64,000 nucleotides of DNA from an uncultured Acidobacteriota bacterium (GTDB lineage Bacteria > Acidobacteriota > Terriglobia > UBA7540), in assembly GCA_963804995.1 (NCBI GenBank), contig CAWDSK010000003.1:672001-736000 (forward strand), written 5' to 3'. A model generated the notes under the pieces. That model did not search any database and had not been told where the DNA came from. It saw nothing but the letters and a program-made list of their open reading frames with translations. Below are positions 28,957-39,700 of this stretch, one piece after another; position 1 is the first letter of the stretch; every line of letters starts with the position of its first letter. The position numbers were made by a program, and so were the translations under genes.

Positions 28957-31236
28957 GTGGAATCGGAATCTAAAATTCGAAAGATCGCCTTTCTTGGCGA
29001 TTACCTGCCACGTAAGTGTGGAATCGCTACATTCACGTCTGACCTCCTCACCTCGGTGGCAGCGGAGCACCCCCAAAGCCAGTGCTTTGCGGTGCCGGTT
29101 AATGATGTCGAGGAGGGGTACGAGTATCCCGGCGTGGTGCGTTTCGAAATAGAAGAGCAGGATCTCTCGTCCTACCAACGCGCGGCGGACTTCATTAACA
29201 TCAGTAACGTGGACATCGTCTGCGTTCAGCACGAGTTTGGGATTTACGGCGGGCCCGCCGGCCGCCATCTGCTGGCGCTGGTGCGCGAACTGAAAATGCC
29301 GGTTGTCACCACGTTCCACACGCTGCTGCGCGAGCCCAACGACACCCAGCGGCGCGTGATGCAGGAATTGGTTGCGCACTCGACCCGCCTGGTAACCATG
29401 ACCGAACGTGGACGCCAGATGCTGGAGGATATTTACAAAGCGCCCTCCGCCAAGATCGATCTCATTCCGCATGGCATTCCGGACATACCGTTTGTCGATC
29501 CCAATTATTACAAAGACCAGTTTGGCGTGGAAGGAAGGACGGTGTTGCTCACCTTCGGGCTGCTTTCGCCCAACAAGGGAATCGAGCATGTCCTGAACGC
29601 TCTCCCCCAAATTCTGGCGGAATTCCCAGACGTTGTTTACATTGTCCTGGGAGCGACGCATCCGCACGAGCTGGCGGAGCGCGGCGAGGCCTATCGTCTC
29701 AGCCTGGAAATCCTGGCCAAAAAGAACAAGGTTGAGAAGAGCGTCATTTTCTACAACCGCTTCGTGGAACTCGAGGAGTTGAAAGAATTCATCGGCGCGG
29801 CGGACCTCTACATTACCCCCTACCTCAACGAAGCCCAGATCACTTCCGGCACGCTGGCTTACACCTTTGGCGCCGGTAAGGCCGTGGTTTCGACCCCTTA
29901 TTGGCACGCCGCGGAATTGCTGGCGGATGAACGCGGTGTTTTGGTGCCCTTCGGGGACGCGAGCGCCATCGGACGCGAGGTAAATGGCTTGCTGGGCGAT
30001 GCGACACGCCGCCATGCCCTCCGCAAGAACGCCTACAAGCTGGGCCGCGAGATGGTGTGGAGCAACGTGGCGCGACTTTACATGCACAGCTTCGAGCAGG
30101 CTCGCCTCCAGGGCTCCTCGTTGTCCCGAAAGTTGTTCGCGACGAAGACTCTTGACCAGCAACCGCGGGAGTTGCCGGAGATAAGACTGGACCATCTTTC
30201 CCAGATGACCGATTCGACCGGCATTTTCCAACACGCCATTCTCACCGTGCCGAATTTTTCCCAAGGCTACTGCACGGACGACAACGCGCGCGCCTTTATC
30301 CTTTGCACGCTGCTCGACGAGTTAAAGGAAGAACCGGCACGGGTAGGGACGCTTTCCAGTACTTACGCCGCCTTTTTGAATTATGCCTTCGACAACAAAA
30401 CGAAACGGTTCCATAACTTTCTGAGTTTCGACCGCCACTGGCTGGACGAACAGGGGTCGGAGGATTGTCACGCGCGCGCGCTCTGGGCGCTGGGGGTGGG
30501 CGTAGGTCGCTCCCCGCATCGAAGTTTTCAGATCATGGCCGGACAACTCTTCGCGCGGGCCTTGCCAGTGGTTACAGAGTTTACCTCACCGCGCGCTTGG
30601 GCCTTCTGTCTTATCGGCATCCACGAATATCTGCGCCGTCTAAGTGGCGACCGCTTGGTCAGTCAAATCCGCGATGGGCTGAGGGCGCGGATGATGGATA
30701 TTTTCGACAGGGCCTCCCATCCGGATTGGCCCTGGTTTGAAGAGGAGTTGAGTTACGACAATGCCAAGCTCGCGCACGCCCTGATTCTCACCGGACGTGT
30801 GAACGGGTATCAAAAAGCGTTTGACCGAGGCCTGGGGGCTTTACGGTGGCTGGTGAAGGTGCAAACCTCCGAGAATGGGTGCTTCCGGCCCATCGGCAGT
30901 AACGGATTCTACCAGCGCGGCGGCACGCGCTCGAACTTTGACCAGCAGCCGATCGAGGCTCACGCCATGGTGTCAGCCTGCCTGGAGGCGTATCGCGCGA
31001 CCTCGGATTCCTGGTGGTACGAACAGGCCCATCGCGCCTTCGACTGGTTCTTGGGCTGGAACGACCTCGGGTTGGAACTCCACTCCGTCCAATCGGGCGG
31101 CTGCTGCGACGCTTTGCACGTGGATCGAGCCAACGCGAACCAGGGAGCCGAATCGACGCTGGCCTTTCTGCTTTCGCTGGCGGAAATGCAGCTCATGCAA
31201 AATGCCGTCACGGCGTTCAGCGAGCCGGCTTTGTAG
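28957..31236 (+). CDS. GT4 glycosyltransferase fused to a C-terminal six-hairpin-like domain
   Basis: PRKCGIATF, QHEFGIYGG, FGLLSPNKG, SGTL; C-terminal GYCTDDNARA, YDNA, FDQQP, NQGAEST. Confidence 0.9.
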   Translation: MESESKIRKIAFLGDYLPRKCGIATFTSDLLTSVAAEHPQSQCFAVPVNDVEEGYEYPGVVRFEIEEQDLSSYQRAADFINISNVDIVCVQHEFGIYGGPAGRHLLALVRELKMPVVTTFHTLLREPNDTQRRVMQELVAHSTRLVTMTERGRQMLEDIYKAPSAKIDLIPHGIPDIPFVDPNYYKDQFGVEGRTVLLTFGLLSPNKGIEHVLNALPQILAEFPDVVYIVLGATHPHELAERGEAYRLSLEILAKKNKVEKSVIFYNRFVELEELKEFIGAADLYITPYLNEAQITSGTLAYTFGAGKAVVSTPYWHAAELLADERGVLVPFGDASAIGREVNGLLGDATRRHALRKNAYKLGREMVWSNVARLYMHSFEQARLQGSSLSRKLFATKTLDQQPRELPEIRLDHLSQMTDSTGIFQHAILTVPNFSQGYCTDDNARAFILCTLLDELKEEPARVGTLSSTYAAFLNYAFDNKTKRFHNFLSFDRHWLDEQGSEDCHARALWALGVGVGRSPHRSFQIMAGQLFARALPVVTEFTSPRAWAFCLIGIHEYLRRLSGDRLVSQIRDGLRARMMDIFDRASHPDWPWFEEELSYDNAKLAHALILTGRVNGYQKAFDRGLGALRWLVKVQTSENGCFRPIGSNGFYQRGGTRSNFDQQPIEAHAMVSACLEAYRATSDSWWYEQAHRAFDWFLGWNDLGLELHSVQSGGCCDALHVDRANANQGAESTLAFLLSLAEMQLMQNAVTAFSEPAL

Positions 31237-31242
31237 CCACTG

Positions 31243-32698
31243 GTGAAAACCATCAAAATCCATCGCACGAATATCACGCTGTATCCGGACTCGAAGCGGG
31301 TCTTGCTGCGGCCGTTTCATTTCATGACCGGCCAGCGCGCCAGCGAGATTTGCGCCCACGTCATGGCCCTTTCCGAACCTCAAGCCGATAGCTTGCTGGG
31401 GCAGTTGTGGGCGGAATTCGGAGGACGTCACAAGAATATCCGGGAGTTCTTCCGGCGTCGATTCGAAGAGGTGCGCCCCTATTTGTTGAGCGACCATGCC
31501 CTCTCCGAAGAAAGGTCGTTGTTGATCGGCGGGTATTTCACCCACGAGTATTCCTTCCAAGCTGCGGCGTTGTTCAATCCCTCCATCGTACCGCACCCGG
31601 ACCAGTCGAACCTGGCCGATGGGGCGCAGCGTTTTGTCCTGAGCCTACGCGCCACGGGGGAAGGACATATTTCCGTCGATTACCTTTCGTACCGGGGTTG
31701 TGGACATCCAGGGAAACGTGGTGATCGATGCGCCCACCCGTTACAGCCTGGGGCCAGCGCTGGTGCCTGATGTTTCGTTCGAAAAGTGCCTGTTCGAGCG
31801 GAAACTCCGCGAACTCAACCTGATCGGCGCCTTCAGCCGGGAAGTGCTGAAACTCCTGGGAGAGCCGTTTACGCTGGAAGAACTGCGCACCAGTATCAAC
31901 CGGGCGGCAAAGGACCTCCGGGCGCATGACCTCGAAACCGAAAAAGTAGCCAAGAAGACTCTGGTCCTGGCGCAATCGTGCTTTGAAGTTCAGTTCGATG
32001 CGGACTCCTGTCTTTCCGAACGCGTGCTGTTCCCCTATACCGCCGTCCAAAGCCACGGCATCGAGGATGCGCGGTTTGTGCGTTTTCAAGACGACGATGG
32101 CAGGCGGACGTATTACGCCACTTTCACCGCCTACGATGGCAAAGAGATCCAGCCGCAGTTTCTTGAAACGCCTGATTTTCTTCATTTCAAATTCGCCACT
32201 CTGAACGGTCCGGCGGTCCGCAACAAAGGCATGGCGCTCTTTCCCAGAAAAATTAAAGGGCTCTACGCGATGCTGAGCCGGCAGGACTACGAGAACATCT
32301 ACGTAATGTTCTCCGACCATCTGCATCTATGGCGACTGAAGCAGCTCCTCCTGGGGCCCAAATTCCCCTGGGAGTTCATCCAGATGGGCAATTGCGGCTC
32401 CCCGATTGAAACCACACGAGGCTGGCTGGTGCTCAGTCACGGAGTGGGCCCCATGCGGAAATATTGCATCGGCGCCTTCCTGCTCGATCATGATGATCCT
32501 GCTAAGGTCATCGGCCGCCTGCGCGATCCGCTCATCGTGCCCAACCAGGATGAACGCGAAGGCTATGTCCCGAACGTGGTTTACTCCTGCGGCAGCCTCC
32601 TGCACGGTGGCCAACTGATTATTCCTTACGGGACCTCCGACCACGCCACAACCTTTGCCACGGTGCCGCTCGACGAAGTTTTGGCCGCGATGCAATAG
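31243..32698 (+). CDS. GH130-like glycosidase/phosphorylase; +1 frameshift near 31675
   Basis: AALFNPSIVPHPDQ, SLRATGEGHIS|SITFR, GIEDARFV, GNCGSPIET, REGYVPNVVYSCG. Confidence 0.85.
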
Positions 32699-32746
32699 TC
32701 CTATTCCTGAACGGCCCCACCTGAAAATCCCCCTCCTGAACTGGCC

Positions 32747-32811
32747 TGTGCAGTTTTGACCAAACGCGTGAGCGATGCTGAACAGACACGCCGATGATGC
32801 CAAGGTATAAC
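32747..32811 (+). promoter_or_regulatory. Tandem Crp/Fnr-like boxes plus -10 (promoter G)
   Basis: TGTGCAGTTTTGACCA (32747), TGAGCGATGCTGAACA (32769), 21 bp, TATAAC (32806). Confidence 0.7.
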
Positions 32812-32866
32812 CAGTGTGTCTCAAGTGCCAGATTCTAGTCAGATACGGATGTCAGGGGAGAGAGAT

Positions 32867-33319
32867 ATGGTCGCACGAGCGGTGGTCATCAAGGTGCAGC
32901 CGGGCTGCCCAGTGGAGCTGACCAGGACCCTTGAGGAGGAAGTTATTCCCCGCTTCCGAAAGGAAAAAGATTTTCGGGGCCTTCTCGCCTTCACCGTCCC
33001 GGACGGAACCGAAGCCCTCTCCTTAAGCCTCTGGGATCAAAAAAAGAGCTCGAGCGGATTCTTCACACGAAGCATTGCCGCCTTGTCGGCCCTGGCCAGG
33101 GTCGCACTGGGGAAAGCCTCCGTGGAAGTCTGTGAGGTTTGGAATTCCCCCGTACGCACCCTGGGGCAAGTGGCCGACCTGGGGGAAGGCATCGAGTCGA
33201 CGGCTGATGTCAGGATTTATCAATCGGCCCTGCGGCCTTTCCAAGTGGCGCCTGAGCGGCCCACCTTGAGCCGAGGCTTCCCGTTGATCTGGTGTCTCAT
33301 GAATTCATTTCATTTTTAG
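32867..33319 (+). CDS. Hypothetical protein, ABM-like dimeric alpha/beta barrel N-terminus
   Basis: MVARAVVIKVQPG...EEEVIPRFRKEKDFRG...SLSLWD; GGGAG RBS. Confidence 0.55.
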   Translation: MVARAVVIKVQPGCPVELTRTLEEEVIPRFRKEKDFRGLLAFTVPDGTEALSLSLWDQKKSSSGFFTRSIAALSALARVALGKASVEVCEVWNSPVRTLGQVADLGEGIESTADVRIYQSALRPFQVAPERPTLSRGFPLIWCLMNSFHF

Positions 33320-33380
33320 ATCTGACCCAAAAGCCACGGGGCAGAAAAGAGCGCCCCCAGAAAGTAATGAGGTAACTCCG

Positions 33381-34079
33381 ATGAAAAAGCTAGACCGATT
33401 CAAAGTAGTAGGAATGATTATCTGCTTGTGCCTGGGAGTTCTAACGTTTCTATCCAGCGCGAAGGCAGACGAGTGGAACCGGAAAACAGTCATGACCTTC
33501 AGCGCGCCCTTCGAGGTTCCGGGTGTGGACGCTCAGGTCCTGCCGGCGGGAACGTATGTTTTCAAGGTCATGGATTTGACTGATCGGCACGTGGTCCAAA
33601 TCTTCAACGAAGCCGAAGACCACGTTTTCACCACCATCCTCGCCATCCCCAATTATCGTTTGAAGGCGACGGGCAAAACGGTCCTGACCTTTAAGGAAAG
33701 AGGCGAAGGACAGCCGGAAGCCATCCGGGCGTGGTTCTATCCGGGACGCAACTGGGGCGAGGAATTTGTTTACCCCAAGCGCCGGGCTTTGGAACTCGCC
33801 AAGATCGTCAATGAGCCCGTTCTCGCTACTCCCGTCGAACTGCCTGCGGACGTCGAGGTTTTGAAGACGGCGCCGGTCATAGCCGTTAAACCTACCGGCG
33901 ATGAGGTGGCAATTACCGAAGTGGTTGAGCCCCTGCCGCCGACAGAGGTAGCCGCCAACACCGCCGCCCCAGCGACCATGGCTCAAACGGCCAGCCCGTT
34001 GCCGCTGGTGGGATTGATCGGGCTTCTGTCGCTAGGCGCAGGCGCTGCATTTTGGGCTTTTTCGAAGCGCACTGCCTGA
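33381..34079 (+). CDS. Exported protein with sortase-type C-terminal sorting signal
   Basis: Signal peptide (..SAKA|DEW); C-terminus MAQTASPLP + TM + KR. Confidence 0.8.
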   Translation: MKKLDRFKVVGMIICLCLGVLTFLSSAKADEWNRKTVMTFSAPFEVPGVDAQVLPAGTYVFKVMDLTDRHVVQIFNEAEDHVFTTILAIPNYRLKATGKTVLTFKERGEGQPEAIRAWFYPGRNWGEEFVYPKRRALELAKIVNEPVLATPVELPADVEVLKTAPVIAVKPTGDEVAITEVVEPLPPTEVAANTAAPATMAQTASPLPLVGLIGLLSLGAGAAFWAFSKRTA

Positions 34080-34316
34080 GCCCAGAAAGTGTAAGCCTCT
34101 CGGTGGACCAGCCACAGAGAGGGTCTAAGTAGGACGCTTCGGGCGCCAATTTGCGGCCCGGGCGAAGCTGACTGAGCGTCGGGTCATGAAGGGGGGGGCG
34201 GTACGCGAGTACCCCTCCCCATCACGGTCGAAGGGTTAACCTCAAGAAGCTCACCCTTCTGGCAACGGACTGGATTCGACGGGCAGGCGATGGGTAACCT
34301 GCGAATGAGGACTTGA

Positions 34317-34508
34317 ATGTTCATCATCTATGAATATGCCGCCTGTTTAATCGCGGCGGTGATTGGCGCGGCGCTGGTGTTCACGGTCGGGGGAATCCTC
34401 ATCGTGCTCAAAGAGCTAAGCAGTCAGGGAGCGCGAAGGTTGCGAGAAATAACCCCTCGCGCCGCTTGGTTGGTGGGAAGATGGGCGCTGGAACCTCGCC
34501 AGCCCTAG
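34317..34508 (+). CDS. Small membrane protein
   Basis: GAGG RBS, hydrophobic N-terminal half, within the sortase locus. Confidence 0.5.
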   Translation: MFIIYEYAACLIAAVIGAALVFTVGGILIVLKELSSQGARRLREITPRAAWLVGRWALEPRQP

Positions 34509-34564
34509 TCAGGTTGGCCATTCTCAAGGGGAGGCGCAGGTTGCAGTCCCGGCAACAACCCGTG

Positions 34565-35567
34565 ATGAGATTACGCACCGGCAAGGAAGGGGTCGCCACT
34601 GGCCGTTGTCTGGTCGCGCTCGTCTTCCTGATGACTCTACCCAGTCTGGCCCGGCCGCAAGCCTCCGCGCCACCCACGAGCCGCCCGAGTGGCGACTACA
34701 CGATCCGGGTGAACGCTGATTCCGTAGTCTTGCAAGCCACCGTGCGGAATCACAATGGCACTCCGGTTTCGGGCCTCAGCAAGGAGAACTTCCAGGTCTA
34801 CGAGGACGGAGCACTGCAACAGATTGAGTATTATGGCCATGATGATATCCCGGTTACGGTCGGTTTAGTTGTAGATAACAGTGGAAGCATGCGAACCAAG
34901 CGCCCGGAACGTCATAGCCGCCGCCTTGGCGTTTGCCCGCTCCAGCAATCCGCAAGACCAGATGTTCGTCGTCAATTTCAACGCGCATGTGTCGTTTGGC
35001 CTTCCCGACGGCATGCCCTTCACGGACCAAGCAGGGCAATTGCAATCGGCCCTGTCGAGAATTACCGCCATCGGCGAGACGGCGCTCTACGACGCTGTGG
35101 CGGTGGCGCTCGAGCACCTGAAGCAGGGTAATCGCGACAAGAAAGTGCTGATCGTGGTGAGCGATGGGGGCGATAACGCCAGCCACCACACCTTGGACCA
35201 GGTCGCGACCCTGGCCGGACAGTCGGACGCTATTATCTATACGATTGATATCTCCGTTCCCGAAGACCCTGACCGGAACCCCAATGCCCTGCGGCGGCTC
35301 GCCAAGGCCACGGGTGGCGAGGCCTTCTCGCCGGAAACACTGGAGGAGGTTGCCCCGATTTGCGAACGAATCGCGCAGGATATCCGGAGCCAGTACACCC
35401 TCGCCTATACACCCGCCAATACCAAGTCAGACGGCGCCTATCGGACCATCCAAGTTAAGACAACGGGGCACGGACGCTTGACCGTCCGCACCCGCGCCGG
35501 GTACTATGCACCCTCGAAACCTCAAGCGTTGCCCGCCATTGCCGGCAGTCAGACAAGTCATCCATGA
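34565..35567 (+). CDS. Acidobacterial-type VWA domain protein; +1 frameshift near 34910
   Basis: GLSKENFQVYEDG, MIDAS DNSGS, TALYDA, SDGGDN, TGG, QYTLAY, RTRAGY. Confidence 0.85.
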
Positions 35568-36247
35568 ATTTCAAAATTAAGCGGGAGAGGGACCATCCGA
35601 CGCGAACCGCCTTGATACTCCGTTGGGGACAATATGTCTTCTTTGGGGTGGGCGTCCTGGCACTGAGTTATTGCGCCACCGTGCTGCTCGATAGGTGGCT
35701 CTTTCAGGCCTACCAAACCTGGCAATTCGAACGAGCCTTGAAGGCCGCGCAGATGTCCCACTTGAGACCCGGGGAGGCCCTGCGAGGCCCTAGTCCCACC
35801 AAAACGGAAGCGGACCGTGCGCGCGCGGTGAGTTTTGGAATCGATGGACTCGCAGGCTCTCCGTTGGGGCGAATTGAGATCAATTCCATCGGCCTTGCGG
35901 CGATGATCATGGAAGGCGTTGACGGAAAAACCTTGCGACACGCGGTCGGACATGTTCCCGGTACCGCCCTGCCGGGTCAGCGAGGGAACGTCGCCATCGC
36001 TGGGCACCGCGACACTTTTTTCAGAGGGCTGCGCAATATTCACAAGGACGATGAAATCACTTTGACGACCCTAAACGGGTCCGACCGCTACCGTGTGGAC
36101 TTTACGGAAGTGGTCGAACCCACGTCCACGGAAGTACTGAACAATTCCGCTGACGCCATCCTCACACTGGTCACCTGTTACCCGTTCTATTACGTGGGGC
36201 CCGCCCCCAAGAGGTTTATCGTCCGCGCACACAGGATTTCTGAATAA
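35564..36247 (+). CDS. Class D sortase
   Basis: N-terminal TM; GNVAIAGHRDTFF, LTLVTCYPF, R in KRFIV (His/Cys/Arg triad). Confidence 0.95.
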   Translation: MNFKIKRERDHPTRTALILRWGQYVFFGVGVLALSYCATVLLDRWLFQAYQTWQFERALKAAQMSHLRPGEALRGPSPTKTEADRARAVSFGIDGLAGSPLGRIEINSIGLAAMIMEGVDGKTLRHAVGHVPGTALPGQRGNVAIAGHRDTFFRGLRNIHKDDEITLTTLNGSDRYRVDFTEVVEPTSTEVLNNSADAILTLVTCYPFYYVGPAPKRFIVRAHRISE

Positions 36248-36292
36248 TCAGGGATTCTACCGCCTTTCAATCGAGTACAAGATCGGCAGCGC

Positions 36293-36586
36293 GTGGAAGA
36301 GGTCGCGGAGAGCCGGGTCGCCTCCCAGTCGCAGATTCTTACCCACGCCATGGCGCACGAGATTGGGCACCTCTTGCTGGGGCCGGACCACCACTCGCGA
36401 GCAGGGATCATGCGCGCCAATTGGGACCAGAGATACCTGGAGGACGCCAGCCGCGGCCAACTGCTTTTCACGCGGGATCAAACCGAGATCATCCGGGCTG
36501 AGGTGCAAACCAGGTCTGGGATGATGCAGTTGCACCTGGCCAGTCAACCCGCGCCTCGGGACTTGTCAGCGAATGCAGGCAGGTGA
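36293..36586 (+). pseudogene. C-terminal fragment of a HExxH zinc-peptidase-like protein
   Basis: AMAHEIGHLLLG..HS..GIM motif; no N-terminus, signal peptide or clear RBS. Confidence 0.55.
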
Positions 36587-36728
36587 ACCCCACAGTCCAA
36601 CTTGGCGAGGAAGCACCATGAGAAGGCACGGTTAACCCTACCCACTCAATTGCCGAACACTCCTCTACCAGTCGAAAGACGAGCAAAGAGGGGCAGCGGA
36701 TGAGAACGTCTCCCGATGCCCCTCAAAA

Positions 36729-39700
36729 TCAAAAGGCTAGTTCGATAACCCCCGCGGCATCGGCAGTCGCGCTGGCACCACCCGTGGCGACAGTCACAAC
36801 ATTGGCCGAGCCGTTGGGCACGATGCTGACCGCATAACTAGCATTGGGCGTGAGTCCCGTCACCAGCAGGGTATGCACGCCGGCGGGGGCCGTCAAGGTG
36901 GTGCCCGTAAATTGTGCGGTGGCGCTTACCGGGAAGTAGACCGCCATAGTCGAAAACACCGCGCCGTCAAACGCCGTGCCATTGGTGCTTTGCAGGTAGG
37001 TGGCCGGGGCCATCGGTGCGCCAGGATCAGCGCCTTGCAACACGTGCAGGAAGCGGGTGTCGCTGGGCAGCGACGGATCCGCCACCTGGTAAATGTACTG
37101 GATGGGTTCCAAATCCGCGATGGGATTCAGATTGACCGCGCCGTTGAACGAGCTCAATGCAGGGGCGAGCGGCAAGAGCGTCTGGATGAACAACTGTTGG
37201 TTATCGGGCATGGTTTCAGTGGCAACGTTGCCGCTGATGACCGGCGGGTTGACCAAACTGAAATGGACCTGCTTGAACAAGCCCGAGTGGTTCGTCGTGG
37301 CGCGGTCGTAAATCACCACGTAGTCATTGTTCAGCCACATGATCGAGCGCGTGGCCTGGGTGACGTCGACCGCGGAAAGGGTGGAGTCCCAGATGTCGGG
37401 ACGGTTGAAGAGATTAGTCAGGTTGCTCGAGGCATACACGTAGCCGGAGCCCGTGCTGAAGAGGGTTGTGGGATCGCCGGCATCCATGCCTTCCATCCAC
37501 TGGCTGCCGTTGGCCCACTCACCGGTTTCAAACCAATTCAGATCGGGTGTACCATTGGGGCACCAGTTCTGGAGGGCCAGCGTGTTGTGATAGACGGTCG
37601 TCATACCCACCAGGTTGTTATCGTAGTTGCTCATTTCCTTGGTCAGCCACTCTCCCTTGCGGAACAGCTCAAACTGCCCGCCATCGCCATCCTGGTGGTT
37701 GATGGAAATCCAACTGGCACGATAGTCAAACATCGTGCCGTTCAAAGTCCAATCGCTATGCGCAATGATGCGGCCCGCGCCGGGGTCGTAGTACACCGTG
37801 GGGAAACTCGGCCGCGGATCGGTGGCTGTAGCCGCAGAGGGATCGAGTAGCAGGAAGTAAAGAACCGTCTCCTCCGTGCTCCAGGGTTGGGTCATGCGCT
37901 GGTTGATGTTGCCGGCGCCGCCTGGGGTAGCGTTCACCGCAAACCAGCGGGAGGCGTTGGCGTGGGCGGTGCTACCATTCTCGGCATCCAGCAGGGTCAG
38001 GAGCGCATAGGGCTGCATGAAATCCGGAGTGATCCACAAGCGTAGCAAGTCGCCGAAGCTGTCCATCTGGTAGACCGCGCCCTCCCAGGGTTCCGAAGCG
38101 GGGACGTGCGAAGTGGGAGTGAGCGCAGAAAGCGTACCGGTGACGTAACGATCCCAAACCGGCGCGCCGATCAGTCCGATTTGCGGCCCTGAGTAGGCAG
38201 CATTGTTGAAACCTGCCGTCTGGAGCGCCAGCAGTTGGCCCAGGACGAAACCGAAGGAGTGGCCGTAGAGCATACCCTCCGGAGGCATGCCGCCCGAGGC
38301 CAATCCAAACCCTGGAGTGTTGGGAGGCAAGCCATAAGCGGCGGGGACGACCGAGGGATCGCCCATCATGGCGAATTCCTGGTAGAGCCAGGCTCCTGTG
38401 GCATCCTGAATGTAGCTGCGCATTGAGTTGCCCAAGACGTCAGCGGGCTGCGTGGGATCTACGGGCGGGTCATCCGCCGGGTCAAGGGCGAGCGCCATCA
38501 TGGTCAGGATGCGGGCATGACCCAGGAAATAGTTGTTCGACGCCATGCGGTAAGGCTGGTTGTTGGGAAGAAGATTGAGACTGTTCATGGTGCCGATCGG
38601 CGAAGGATGGTCCCCACCCGTCGTAGAGGCATTGAGGCAGTCGTTCGCCCACTCCAGGAAAACATTCTGGATGGTGGCCTTGTCGCTGGCCGTGAGGATT
38701 GGGTTCCCCGATGCGTCAGTGGCGTTGTAAATCCAGTCAACAATTAAAGGCCATTGCTCACCGGAGAAGTTGGCGCGGTTGTAGATGGCAAACGCCGGAT
38801 CGCGGAAGGGAGCGTTGGCAAGGTGGCCCAGCGCCGCCTGATTCATCGCGTACATCAGCATGTTGCGCGCGTATTGCGCATAGGTTATGCGATTCGACGG
38901 GTTGGGATCGATCAGGGAGTTGAGCGCCAGGATTTCAGCGTACTGCTCGGTCAGGTAGCCCGTGTATCCCTGCACGTCGCCGGGATCGGGATAGGTCGGA
39001 TTGGGAACGCCGCCCGGGAAGAACTGTGTCTGGTAAAGTTGGACCGTATACTGGAGCATGGGCTGCATGCCATTCACATAAGTCGGATTGGATGCGGTGG
39101 CCCAGCCCTGCAAGCGCGGCAAATCGCTTTGCGTAATCCACAGCCGCGGATGGGTAGTGACGGGGAAAGGAATCGTGGACGGCCCGCTATAAGTGGCCGC
39201 CACGGTCGTATTCGCCGCCGGCATAGTCAGGGTGGTGCTCGGCGAGCTGGGATTTGCCACCGTCGCCCCTGTCCAGCCCTGGAACGTGTCGCCCGTGGGT
39301 GGGGAATCCGCCGTGATGGGTACGACCGTCCCGGCGGCATAGGTGCCGCTGCCGGATCCGCCCACTACGGTCAGCGTATACGTAGGTGTGTAGTAATTCG
39401 CCGTAACGGTGGTGGCGGCTGCAGGCATTGTGAGCGTCGTGGAAGACGCATTGGGATTTGCCACGGTCGCGCCCGTCCAATTGAGGAAAGCCTGTCCCGA
39501 AGGCGGCGCGTTCGCTGAAATCGAAACCACGGTGCCGGCCGCGTAATTGCCGCTCCCGGTGCCGCCTACAACGGTCAGCGGGTAAGTGGGTGCGGCGTAA
39601 TTCGCCTTCACGGTCGTCGTTGCGGCAGGCATGATGAGCGTAGTAGTAGAGGCATTGGGATTCGCCACGGTTGCGCCCGTCCAATTCAGGAAGACCTTTC

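Noticed and set aside
28798..30264. 488-aa minus-strand ORF (and similar long antisense ORFs at 5908-6903, 20158-21378, 36873-37850)
   Set aside because: Shadow frames of well-supported genes in GC-rich DNA; no recognisable motifs
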